Assembly: GCA_963695195.1 (NCBI GenBank)
Contig: CAVOGE010000007.1
Span: forward strand, 831,756-895,755
Length of the DNA: 64,000 nt
Reading direction: 5' to 3'
Source of the DNA: an uncultured Chloroflexia bacterium
GTDB lineage: Bacteria > Chloroflexota > Limnocylindria > QHBO01
Part shown: piece after piece, positions 1 through 8,252 of the stretch
Position numbering within the stretch: position 1 is the first letter of the stretch
How the letters are laid out: the number at the start of each line of letters is the position of its first letter
Notes under the pieces: generated by a model
Database searches by the model: none
Told to the model about the DNA's origin: nothing
What the model saw: only the letters and a program-made list of their open reading frames with translations
Made by a program: the position numbers and the translations under genes

Positions 1-607
1 GGGCGCGATGCGCTGGTTCGCGGCCAGCCACGATTTCCAGGCGATCAGCCTGCGCTACTTCAACGTCGCCGGGTCGACCGACCGCAATGGTGAGGACCAC
101 GATCCGGAGACGCACCTGATGCCGCTCGTCCTGCGGGTGGCGGCCGGCGAGGCGACGCACGTCCAGATCTTCGGCCAGGACTACCCGACCCCCGACGGCA
201 CCTGCATCCGCGACTTCATCCACGTCCGCGACCTTGCCGCCGCGCACCTGCTGGCCCTTGAGGCGACCGGAGAGGGCGACCCGTCGTTCGAGGTCTACAA
301 CCTCGGCTCGGCCGCCGGCTTCAGCGTGCGCGAGGTTGTCGAGGCGGCCCGCAAGGTGACGGGGCGCGCCATCCCGGCACGTGTCGTCAAACGGCGCAGC
401 GGCGACCCGCCGGTCCTGGTCGCCTCGTCACGCCGGGCCCGTCGGGAACTCGGCTGGCAGCCGCAGCATTCCAAGCTCGAGCAGATGCTGGCCGACTCAT
501 GGGCGTGGAAACTGAGGCATCCGAACGGCTACGCGCGCCCGCAGCGGACCGATGGAGCCCCCGTCGATAGGCCGCCCTCTCGACCGGGGACGCCCGCTCC
601 CGTCTAG
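1..607 (+). CDS. galE: UDP-glucose 4-epimerase, C-terminal ~200 aa (5' end lies upstream of window)
   Basis: ORF 8..607 translation carries GalE C-terminal motifs (YFNVAGS, PETHLMP, DGTCIRDFIHVRDLAAAH). Reading frame is open to window start. Confidence 0.85.
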   Translation, partial: GAMRWFAASHDFQAISLRYFNVAGSTDRNGEDHDPETHLMPLVLRVAAGEATHVQIFGQDYPTPDGTCIRDFIHVRDLAAAHLLALEATGEGDPSFEVYNLGSAAGFSVREVVEAARKVTGRAIPARVVKRRSGDPPVLVASSRRARRELGWQPQHSKLEQMLADSWAWKLRHPNGYARPQRTDGAPVDRPPSRPGTPAPV

Positions 608-1032
608 CCGGCCGCCCGAACGCAGTCGGCGCAGCGACCGTAGAAGTCGAGGCGTGCGTCGTCGATCACGAAGCCGCGCTCGTCGGTCAGGCGCTGCACG
701 ATCGGCTGAACGAACGACTCGCCGATCTCCTCCACCTTCCCGCAGGTGCGACACGACAGGTGATGGTGGTGAGCCGGCTCGCAGGCGACGTAGGCCGAGA
801 CATGCCCGTCGAGCTCGAGTCGCCGGGCGACTCCGGCGCCGACGAGGGCATCCAGGCTTCGGAACACGGTCGCGCGTCCGATCCCCCGACGCCGTCCGGC
901 CGCAGTCCAGACTTCCTCGGCGGTGAGCTGGCGACCAGCCGCGATGAGCGCCTCGGCGATCCGCAGGCGCTGGGGTGTCGGGCGCTCCCCGGCGGCGCGC
1001 AGGCGCTCGGACACCCCGGCCGCGCCGCTCAC
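604..1032 (-). CDS. Fur-family metalloregulator, probable Zur
   Basis: C-terminal 136 aa of the long ORF 604..3027 has the Fur fold signature (HHHHLSCRTCGKVEEI ... GRCADC). GTG start at 1032 overlaps the upstream ZIP gene stop as GTGA. Adjacent to a zinc permease. Confidence 0.8.
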   Translation of the reverse strand: MSGAAGVSERLRAAGERPTPQRLRIAEALIAAGRQLTAEEVWTAAGRRRGIGRATVFRSLDALVGAGVARRLELDGHVSAYVACEPAHHHHLSCRTCGKVEEIGESFVQPIVQRLTDERGFVIDDARLDFYGRCADCVRAAG

Positions 1033-1781
1033 ACGCTCGCCCCAATAACGCCGGCAAAGACCGAGAAGCCGTAGATCGCCGCCACGCCCGCCAGGGTCGC
1101 GACCACGATCCAGCGCGACCGGTCGGAACGGTGCGCCTCCGGCAGGAGCTCGGCCGCCCCGATGTACAGGAAGAAGCCGGCAAAGACGCCCAGCATCCCC
1201 CCGAGCACCTGGCCGGGGATCGGCAGCGCCAGACCCAGCAGCACGCCGAACACCGGTGCGATGGCCACCACGCTGACCCAGCGGTAGGCGACCGATATCG
1301 GCGTCCGCGAGGCAAGCAGCAGGCTGACGATTCCGATCCCGTCGCTGAAGCGGTGCACGATCACCACCGCACCGATCACCAGGCCGATGCCACCTCCCAC
1401 GGCCAGCGCCGCAGCGACGGCGACGCCGTCCAGGAAGCTGTGCAGGCTCATCCCCGACGCCCCGATGATGCCGACATGGCGGTGCGCGGCGTCCTCGTGG
1501 TCGAGCTCGGCCGCCGTCTCGTGGCCGACGTGCAGCGTGGTCAGCTTCTCGATCGCGTAGAACAGGAGGAAGCCGACCGCCGTGAAGACCATCGCCAGGT
1601 CGAGCGAGCCGAGCTGCTCCACCGATTCGGGGATCAGGTCGAAGTAGGCTGCCCCGATCCGGATCCCGGCCCCGACCGCGATGATCACGCCGACCGAGGT
1701 CGTCGCGCGCAGCGCCAGGAGTCCACCCGCAAGGGCGGAGAGCAGCGCGCCGGCCGAGACGAGGATGGCGGTAAGGGCCAT
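1029..1781 (-). CDS. ZIP-family metal (zinc) permease, ZupT-like
   Basis: 250-aa polytopic membrane protein with His-rich loop (HVGHETAAELDHEDAAHRH) and ZIP-like TM helices. ATG at 1781 (MALTAILVSAG). Confidence 0.8.
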   Translation of the reverse strand: MALTAILVSAGALLSALAGGLLALRATTSVGVIIAVGAGIRIGAAYFDLIPESVEQLGSLDLAMVFTAVGFLLFYAIEKLTTLHVGHETAAELDHEDAAHRHVGIIGASGMSLHSFLDGVAVAAALAVGGGIGLVIGAVVIVHRFSDGIGIVSLLLASRTPISVAYRWVSVVAIAPVFGVLLGLALPIPGQVLGGMLGVFAGFFLYIGAAELLPEAHRSDRSRWIVVATLAGVAAIYGFSVFAGVIGASV

Positions 1782-1856
1782 GGTGAGACTGAGTATCACG
1801 TCGTCCCGGCGGGTCGTCAACCCTCCCCGTGGTAGCATCACCTTCGAGTTCACCCC

Positions 1857-3174
1857 GTTGGAGCCCCGTTTGCCAGAAGCTGAATCTCCGCCCGCGCGCC
1901 GCCGACACCGAGCGCCGCGCCGCACGACCCCGGTCCCCACCGAGTCCGTCGCCCCCGAGTCCGCCACCAGCAACGGCGACGCTCCAGCCACCGACATCGA
2001 CGCCGAGGCCTCCCCGCTGCTCGCCGCCGTGCTGGCCGCCCAGCGCAGCCACCGCTTCGGCGAGATCGAGCTGCCGGTCACCATCGCGCGGGCCATCGAG
2101 AAGATGGGGTTCGTCACGCCCACCGAGGTGCAGGCGCGGGCCATCGGTCCCCTGCGCGAGGGGAAGGACCTGATCGGCCAGGCCCAGACCGGTACCGGCA
2201 AGACCGCCGCCTTCGGCATCCCGATCATCGAGAAGATCGACCCGTCGGCCCGCTACGTGCAGGCCCTCGTCCTGACACCCACGCGCGAGTTGTGCGTGCA
2301 GGTGACCGAGGAGATCAATCGGCTCGGCGAGTTCCGCAACATCACCGCGGTGGCCATCTACGGCGGCTCGAGCATGGACCGCCAGATCACGGCCCTCCAC
2401 CGCGGAGCGCAGATCGTGGTCGGCACCCCGGGGCGCGTGCTCGACCTGATCCGCCGGGGCGAGCTCCATCTCGGCAGCGTGCAGACGGTGATCCTCGACG
2501 AGGCCGACCGGATGCTCGACATGGGCTTCATCGTCGATGTCGAGACGATCCTGGCGCGCTGCCCGCGGCAGCGGCAGACCGCGCTCTTCAGCGCCACCAT
2601 GCCGTACGCCATCCTGCGCATCTGCGATCGCTTCATGGACAAGGGCGCGGAGCACATCATCGTGCGCCCCGAGATGCGCACCGTCGAGACGGTCCGGCAG
2701 CTCGTCTACTTCGTCGCGGAGCAGGACAAGGTGGCGACGCTGATGGAGCTGACCGAGACGTTCGGCTTCGATCGGCTGCTCGTCTTCCGACACACCCAGA
2801 TCGGCGTGGACCGATTGACCGCAACCCTCTCTCGCAAGGGCCGGAACGTGGCCGCGCTGCACGGCGGACTCAGCCAGCGGGAGCGCGATCGGACGCTTGC
2901 CGATTTCAAATCGGGGAAGATCCAGTACCTGGTGGCGACCAACGTGGCCTCGCGCGGCCTGGACATCGCCGACCTGCCGTTCGTCCTCAACTACGACATC
3001 CCCGAGGACGCCGAGACGTATGTCCACCGGATCGGGCGCACGGCGCGCGCCGGGCGCACCGGGACCGCCATCAGCCTCATCGGCGAATGGGACATCGCCG
3101 CCTGGGAGCAGATCCGCACCCAGGTCGGTGCCGAGATCGAAGAGGGGCAGCTCCGTCTCTACGATCGGCGCTGA
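1857..3174 (+). CDS. DEAD-box ATP-dependent RNA helicase
   Basis: Q-motif (FGEIELP...TPTEVQ), Walker A AQTGTGKT, DEAD box (ILDEADRML), SAT, HRIGRTARAG. Start uncertain (TTG 1857 or GTG ~2031); the track ORF starts inside the antisense ZIP gene. Confidence 0.8.
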
Positions 3175-3209
3175 ACGTTTCGGCCGACCCCGCGCTAGGC
3201 TTCATCGGC

Positions 3210-3896
3210 ATGCCTGATCCCGACGCCATTCATCCGCAGCTGGCCACCTACGCCGCCGTCGTCATCACCAGCGTCGACTGGCTCTTCGAGCCGTACTGGG
3301 CCGGCGACCGCCTGGTCGCACGGCTGGCCGATGGCCGGGTCGATCTGACCGATGAGGCCGGCGAGCCGGCTCGCCCCGAATTCGCCGAAGCCGCCGAGCT
3401 GCTGGCCGCCGCGATCGACGCCGATGCTGCGGTGATCGACGGGGTGTGGACCGCTCAGCCGTTCGTCGGTGACGGGAGCAGCGCACGGCGACTGGCCGAG
3501 ACGCTCGCCGAGGAGGGGCTTGGCGAGGAGGTGCCGGATCCGGCCGAGCTTGAGACGCGTCGCGCGTTCGTGGCGTTCGACATCGTGGAGCTCGACGGGA
3601 AGTCCCTCACCGATGTCCCGTACCAGGAGCGCCGCCGCCTGCTCGCCTCGGTGGTCGCCGAGAACGTTCGGGTGCGCATCTCGCCGGCGGTCAAGCAGCC
3701 GCTCGGGCCCTGGCTGCACGCCTGGCGCGGCAATGGCTTCACCCACTACGTGGCCAAGCACATGAACTCGCGCTACCGGCCCGGCGAACGGGTCGATGAC
3801 TGGCTGATCGTCTCGGCTGCGGCGGAGCGCGGCCCCACGATGGTCGGGCGCATGTTCGGCCAGCGGCCGCGGAAGCTGCGCCGGATCGAGGATTGA
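3210..3896 (+). CDS. LigD-ligase-domain-like nucleotidyltransferase protein with degenerate active site (pseudo-ligase)
   Basis: 228 aa. Aligns to the LigD LIG nucleotidyltransferase core: HPQLAT (cf. EPMLAT), WLFEPYWAGDR (cf. W.FE.KWDGYR: Lys->Tyr, Asp->Ala), motif III AFVAFDIVELDG, motif IV GNGFTHYVAK, motif V WLIVS (both Lys lost). No OB domain. ATG at 3210. Confidence 0.7.
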   Translation: MPDPDAIHPQLATYAAVVITSVDWLFEPYWAGDRLVARLADGRVDLTDEAGEPARPEFAEAAELLAAAIDADAAVIDGVWTAQPFVGDGSSARRLAETLAEEGLGEEVPDPAELETRRAFVAFDIVELDGKSLTDVPYQERRRLLASVVAENVRVRISPAVKQPLGPWLHAWRGNGFTHYVAKHMNSRYRPGERVDDWLIVSAAAERGPTMVGRMFGQRPRKLRRIED

Positions 3897-4732
3897 CCCG
3901 GGCAGCGGCAGCCCCGCCCCGCCCAAGCCTGCGGAAGCTCGCCGCCGACCGGCGTGCCCGCCGGGTCCGTGTCGAGCAGGTGCTGGAGCAGCTGGGCGAG
4001 CGGTACCACCATCCACGCTGGGGCGGACCGCGCCTCGACGCGGCCGCCGAGCTGGTGCTCACGATCCTCTCGCAGAACACGGCCGATACGAACTCGTTCC
4101 GCGCCTTCACCGCGCTCCGCAAGCGCTACCCATCGTGGGACGCGGTGCTCGCCGCCCCGACCGACGAGCTGGTCGAGGTGATCCGCCCCGGTGGCCTGGC
4201 GCCGACCAAGGGGCCGCGTATCCAGGCGGTGCTAGCCGAGGTTCACGCGGAGACCGGCGGCACCTGGGACCTCTCCTTCCTTGGTGATTGGCCGCTCGAG
4301 CAGGCGCGCGACTGGCTCGTCTCCCTGCCGGGGATCGGGCGCAAGACAGCGGCGATCGTCCTGCTCTTCAACTTCGGCCGCCCGGCCCTGCCGGTGGATA
4401 CCCACGTCCACCGCGTCGCGCTGCGGCTCGGCCTGCTTCCCCCGAAGACCGACGTGCTCCGGGCGCACGACCTGCTGGAGGCCGCGCTGCAACCCGAGGA
4501 GATGTACCCGTTCCACGTCGAGCTGATCCGCCACGGCCGCGACACGTGTCGAGCCCCGCGACCGATCTGCGGCCTCTGCCCGCTGACCGGCCTGTGCCCC
4601 TACTACGCGCAGGTGCTCCGTGGAAAGGCGGCGATCAATGCGCCACCTCGAGGGCTGCCGGGTGACGGGTCAGAGCCGCGTTACCACGACGAGCTGATCC
4701 ATGGGTGGGCGCCGCCCGAGGCTCGCGGCTGA
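3893..4732 (+). CDS. Endonuclease III-like HhH-GPD DNA glycosylase with C-terminal 4Fe-4S cluster
   Basis: HhH-GPD core (ILSQNTADTNSFRAF, LPGIGRKTAAIVL) and Cys cluster CRAPRPICGLCPLTGLC. TTG start at 3893 overlaps the upstream stop (TTGA). Confidence 0.8.
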   Translation: MTRAAAAPPRPSLRKLAADRRARRVRVEQVLEQLGERYHHPRWGGPRLDAAAELVLTILSQNTADTNSFRAFTALRKRYPSWDAVLAAPTDELVEVIRPGGLAPTKGPRIQAVLAEVHAETGGTWDLSFLGDWPLEQARDWLVSLPGIGRKTAAIVLLFNFGRPALPVDTHVHRVALRLGLLPPKTDVLRAHDLLEAALQPEEMYPFHVELIRHGRDTCRAPRPICGLCPLTGLCPYYAQVLRGKAAINAPPRGLPGDGSEPRYHDELIHGWAPPEARG

Positions 4733-4752
4733 AGTCGGCGCATACTGCCGTC

Positions 4753-5103
4753 ATGAACATCGTGACAACGCCCTACCTCCCCGGCCACCGCGTGGTGGAG
4801 GCCAAGGGCCAGGTCTTCGGCCTGGTGGTGCGCAGCCGCGGACTGGGCGGCAATATCGCAGCTGGTCTTCGCTCGATCATCGGTGGCGAGATCCGGGAAT
4901 ACACCGAACTGCTCGAGGACACTCGACGCCAGGCGCTCGATCGAATGGTCCAGAACGCGACCCTGATGGGCGCCAACGCGGTGATCAGCATGCGGTTCGA
5001 CAGCAGCCAGCTGGGATCCACCATGAGCGAGATCGTGGCCTATGGCACGGCCGTCGTGGTCGAGCCCGACACCTCGGCTCCGCTGCCCCCGGTGCTCGAC
5101 TGA
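4753..5103 (+). CDS. YbjQ/UPF0145 family heavy-metal-binding-domain protein
   Basis: MNIVTTPYLPGHRVVEAKGQVFGLVVRSRG...; family-typical length and motifs. ATG 4753 chosen inside the longer track ORF. Confidence 0.75.
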   Translation: MNIVTTPYLPGHRVVEAKGQVFGLVVRSRGLGGNIAAGLRSIIGGEIREYTELLEDTRRQALDRMVQNATLMGANAVISMRFDSSQLGSTMSEIVAYGTAVVVEPDTSAPLPPVLD

Positions 5104-5119
5104 GAAGAGGCGCAGACCG

Positions 5120-5419
5120 ATGCCGTTGATCCGCACCGTGATGGGTGCCGTTGGCGTTGCACTGCTCCTCGGCGGGCTTGGCTGGGCGATGAGCGGGCAT
5201 CGTGACGACGGCCTGGTCCTGATGGCGATCGGCGCCGGCGCCGTCCTGATCGCGCTCTTCGAGCGGGCGCGCTACGGTCGCGAAGAGCGGCCCACGCCCG
5301 CGTCTGCCGCCTCCATGCGCCGCACCGACGAGGCCTTCACCGACCCCACGACCGGCGAGCTCACCCGCGTCTGGGTCGACCCAAAGACCGGCACTCGGGA
5401 GTATCGTCGCGACGAATAG
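5120..5419 (+). CDS. Small membrane protein (2 TM), unknown function
   Basis: ATG 5120 preceded by GAAGAGG Shine-Dalgarno. Hydrophobic N-terminus. Its C-terminal motif ELTRVWVD..REYRRDE recurs as a relic at 10626..10692. Confidence 0.6.
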   Translation: MPLIRTVMGAVGVALLLGGLGWAMSGHRDDGLVLMAIGAGAVLIALFERARYGREERPTPASAASMRRTDEAFTDPTTGELTRVWVDPKTGTREYRRDE

Positions 5420-5463
5420 TCACGCTCGGGACCTGGCCCGACGCTGACACCTCCGGGTCGCCG

Positions 5464-5570
5464 CTGGTAAGACTCGGGCCCCGTCCGCGCCAGTTGCCGA
5501 AGTAGCTCAGTGGTAGAGCAACGGTTTCGTAAACCGTCGGTCGAGGGTTCGAGTCCCACCTTCGGCTCCA
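5464..5570 (+). repeat. Direct repeat copy 1 (tRNA-Thr plus ~32 nt upstream flank)
   Basis: ~97% identical to 10780..10885. A second shorter block 5349..5414 matches 10626..10689. Confidence 0.85.
5496..5570 (+). tRNA. tRNA-Thr (anticodon CGT), CCA encoded
   Basis: Cloverleaf: GCCGAAG acceptor, D-loop AGCTCAGTGGTAGAGC, anticodon loop TTCGTAA, T-loop TTCGAGT, 3' CTTCGGC-T-CCA. One A-A mismatch in the T-stem relative to the copy at 10811. Confidence 0.9.
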
Positions 5571-5674
5571 TCCCCTCACGCTCATGTGGCAATCGGCGCA
5601 CCGAGACCCCCCTCGCCCCCTTAGGTGGTCGTTTCCTGCGAGACCTGGCGGACTACGATGGCGCCGTGCCTCCC

Positions 5675-7219
5675 ATGACCCGAATCGGATTGCGATCGCT
5701 GATCCGCGTTGCTGTGATCGTGCTCGCTGCGCTCGTCGCGTCGGTCGCGGGAGTGTTCGTGCTCGAGGAGAGTGCGGGCGTGCGCGATGGATCCCTCGTC
5801 TTCCTGCTGGCCGTGGCGCTGGTGGCGTACGTGCATGGAAGCTGGGCAGCGGTCGCCACCGCGCTGGGCGCCTTCCTCACCTACAACTTTATCTTTCTGC
5901 CCCCCGAGTTCACGTTCTTCGTGTCCGATCCTCAGCATCTTCTGACGCTTGGCTTGCTCCTGGTCGTTGGTGTCGCGATCGGGCGATTGACCGGCTTGCA
6001 GCGGGACCAGGCGCAGCGTTCGGAGCGCCGCGAGCGGGAGGCTCGCGCCCTCTACGGCGTCAGCCGGGCCATATCCTCGGGCAAGCACATGAGGGATGCC
6101 CTGCCGGCGCTGGTCAGCGGCCTGGCCGCCGATGTCCGGATGACCCGGGTCTGGGTAGGCCTCGGCTCGACCTGGGCGCAGGAGCAGGTGGTTGGGTCGA
6201 CGAACCCAACCGTCGATGCCCGTGCGCCGGGTCCGCATAGCCTCCTGCGCCGCGGTCCCGACCAGGGACAGGTAGCGTGGGTCCGACTGAGCCCGCCAGC
6301 TGCTTCCGCAGGACGGAGAGACAGGCTGGCGCTCTACCGCCTCGAGCTTGTCGATGGCGACGAGACGATCGGTTCCCTTTGGGCAACGCGCGATCCCAGT
6401 CTGGCGCTCCCAACCGGTGAGGAGACACGGCTGCTAGCCGCCGCAGCGGACCAGATCGGGCAGGGAATCGTGCGCGACCGTCTCGAGGAGCAGGCCACCG
6501 AGCTTGAGGTTGCCCGACGTAGCGAGGAGCTGAAGGCGGCCCTCCTGGACTCCGTGTCCCATGACCTGCGCACGCCGCTCTCCACCATCCGTGCCACGGC
6601 GGGAACTCTTGCCGACCCAACGGTCGCGCTCGCCCTCGAGGAAGCTCGCGCCATGGCTCGCGAGATCGACGCGGAGGCCGCGCGCCTTGCCAGCTTGGTG
6701 AGTGGCCTCCTGGACATGAGCCGGATTGCGGGAGGCGCTCTTCAGACGAGCCCTGAGCCGATGCCGGTATCGGAGGTCGTTGAGTCAGCCTTGCACCGCG
6801 CGCGCGGTAGGCTTGGCCACCGGCTGATCCAGGTGGCGATTCCGGACGACCTGCCGTTGGCTGCAGTCGATCCGGTGCTAGGCAACCAGGTCATCGATAA
6901 TCTGCTCGAAAACGTGAGCGTGCACACGTCACCCGATGCTCTCCTGCGCATATCTGCTGCGCGAGATGGCGAGGCCGTCAGAGTGCGGGTAGAGGATGCC
7001 GGGCCTGGAGTCCCGCCCGAGGCGATGGTCCACCTCTTTGAGAAGTTCTACCGCGTGCCTGCCCGGCCTCGAGCTGCGGGCCACGGGACGGGCCTGGGGC
7101 TTGCCATGGTGAAGGGCCTGGCTGAAGCGATGGGCGGATCGGTGGCCGCATCTCGCAGCGCGCTCGGTGGCCTCGCGATTGACGTGTGGCTGCCGCAGGC
7201 TGCCGTGCCACCGGAATGA
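5675..7219 (+). CDS. KdpD-like sensor histidine kinase lacking the N-terminal KdpD/Usp domains (DUF4118 TM region, GAF-like, HisKA, HATPase)
   Basis: TM region matches KdpD membrane core (LTYNFIFLPPEFTFFVSDPQHLLTLGLLLVV). HisKA H-box (SHDLRTPLSTI) and G-boxes (GTGLGLAMV). Start ATG 5675, downstream of the tRNA. Confidence 0.8.
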   Translation: MTRIGLRSLIRVAVIVLAALVASVAGVFVLEESAGVRDGSLVFLLAVALVAYVHGSWAAVATALGAFLTYNFIFLPPEFTFFVSDPQHLLTLGLLLVVGVAIGRLTGLQRDQAQRSERREREARALYGVSRAISSGKHMRDALPALVSGLAADVRMTRVWVGLGSTWAQEQVVGSTNPTVDARAPGPHSLLRRGPDQGQVAWVRLSPPAASAGRRDRLALYRLELVDGDETIGSLWATRDPSLALPTGEETRLLAAAADQIGQGIVRDRLEEQATELEVARRSEELKAALLDSVSHDLRTPLSTIRATAGTLADPTVALALEEARAMAREIDAEAARLASLVSGLLDMSRIAGGALQTSPEPMPVSEVVESALHRARGRLGHRLIQVAIPDDLPLAAVDPVLGNQVIDNLLENVSVHTSPDALLRISAARDGEAVRVRVEDAGPGVPPEAMVHLFEKFYRVPARPRAAGHGTGLGLAMVKGLAEAMGGSVAASRSALGGLAIDVWLPQAAVPPE

Positions 7220-7935
7220 GCGAGCGGCGGGCGAGCATTCTGCTGGTCGAGGACGACGAGCGGTCCAGGGGGGCGGTGTTGGCCAACCTGAAAGGGCATG
7301 GCTACCGCGTTCGCGGGGCTGCCGACGGCGAAGAGGCGTTGGTCTCGTGGGACTTGCGCCGCCCGGATCTCATCCTGCTCGACTTGGGGTTGCCCGGTAT
7401 CGACGGGTTGGGCGTGCTGCGACGCATCCGACGCGACGCCACGACGCCGGTGATCGTTCTCTCGGCGCGCGGCGAGGAACGCCACAAGGTCGAGGCGCTC
7501 GACGCCGGCGCTGACGACTATCTGGCCAAGCCGTTCGGGATGGCCGAGCTCCACGCTCGCATTCGTGCGGCTCTGCGACGCACCCTGGCGCGAGAGGTCG
7601 ACCCGAGCGGTGCCGCCGTGATCGGCCCGATGCGGCTGGACCCGGGCCGCCGAGTCGTGACGATTGGGACGGCAGAACTGCATCTCACCCCCCGCGAATA
7701 CGAGCTGCTCAAGGTGCTCGTCGCTCATGCCGGCCGGGTGGTAACGCGCGGCCGGCTCCTCCGCGCCGTATGGGGCACGGACTACGCTGAGGAGGGCCAC
7801 TACGTGCACGTCTATGTCGGCCAGATCAGGCGAAAGATTGCCGCACTGGACCCTGACGGCGCCCTCGCCGACCTGTTCGTGGCCGAACCCGGGGTCGGAT
7901 ATCGCGTGCGGAGCGCCGAATCGGAGGCTTCTTGA
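7216..7935 (+). CDS. OmpR/KdpE-family response regulator
   Basis: Receiver (ILLVEDDE, LILLDLGLPGIDG, KPF) plus winged-helix output (GYRV). ATGA overlap with kinase stop. Confidence 0.85.
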   Translation: MSERRASILLVEDDERSRGAVLANLKGHGYRVRGAADGEEALVSWDLRRPDLILLDLGLPGIDGLGVLRRIRRDATTPVIVLSARGEERHKVEALDAGADDYLAKPFGMAELHARIRAALRRTLAREVDPSGAAVIGPMRLDPGRRVVTIGTAELHLTPREYELLKVLVAHAGRVVTRGRLLRAVWGTDYAEEGHYVHVYVGQIRRKIAALDPDGALADLFVAEPGVGYRVRSAESEAS

Positions 7936-8003
7936 GCCTCTCTTGAGGACCGAGCCGTGCTCGACAGGCTGTTCCCTCTTGGGCTGCCCGTCACGCTGAA
8001 AGT

Positions 8004-8243
8004 ATGCAAGCGCCGATGTTCAGCAAAGACGCGGGGCCGGATGCCAAGTATCAGTTCGATCTGGTACGCAGTGCCATCGCGCTCCTCGCCGGTGGCGGGG
8101 CACGCCGCGTGACGCTCGTGAATATCAGACTCAGCAAGGCCATGCTGCGCGAGGCCGCCGGGCTGGCCCGCGCCGCCGGAATACTCCTTCGCATTGCTCC
8201 GCATGGCGCCGCCTCCGACATCACGGTCGAGGCCAGCGGGTGA
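8004..8243 (+). CDS. Hypothetical small protein (79 aa)
   Basis: ORF with high GC3 and a GAAAG SD-like upstream. No recognisable family. Confidence 0.35.
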   Translation: MQAPMFSKDAGPDAKYQFDLVRSAIALLAGGGARRVTLVNIRLSKAMLREAAGLARAAGILLRIAPHGAASDITVEASG

Positions 8244-8252
8244 CCGGTTCCC

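Noticed and set aside
604-3027. 807-aa minus-strand ORF
   Set aside because: Only its last 136 aa (Fur) are real. The rest runs antisense through the DEAD-box helicase and out of frame through the ZIP gene. It is a GC-rich stop-free artefact.
2292-3896. 534-aa plus-strand ORF apparently fusing helicase region to ligase-like protein
   Set aside because: Its upstream part is a different frame of the helicase gene. The genuine gene starts at ATG 3210 after the helicase stop.
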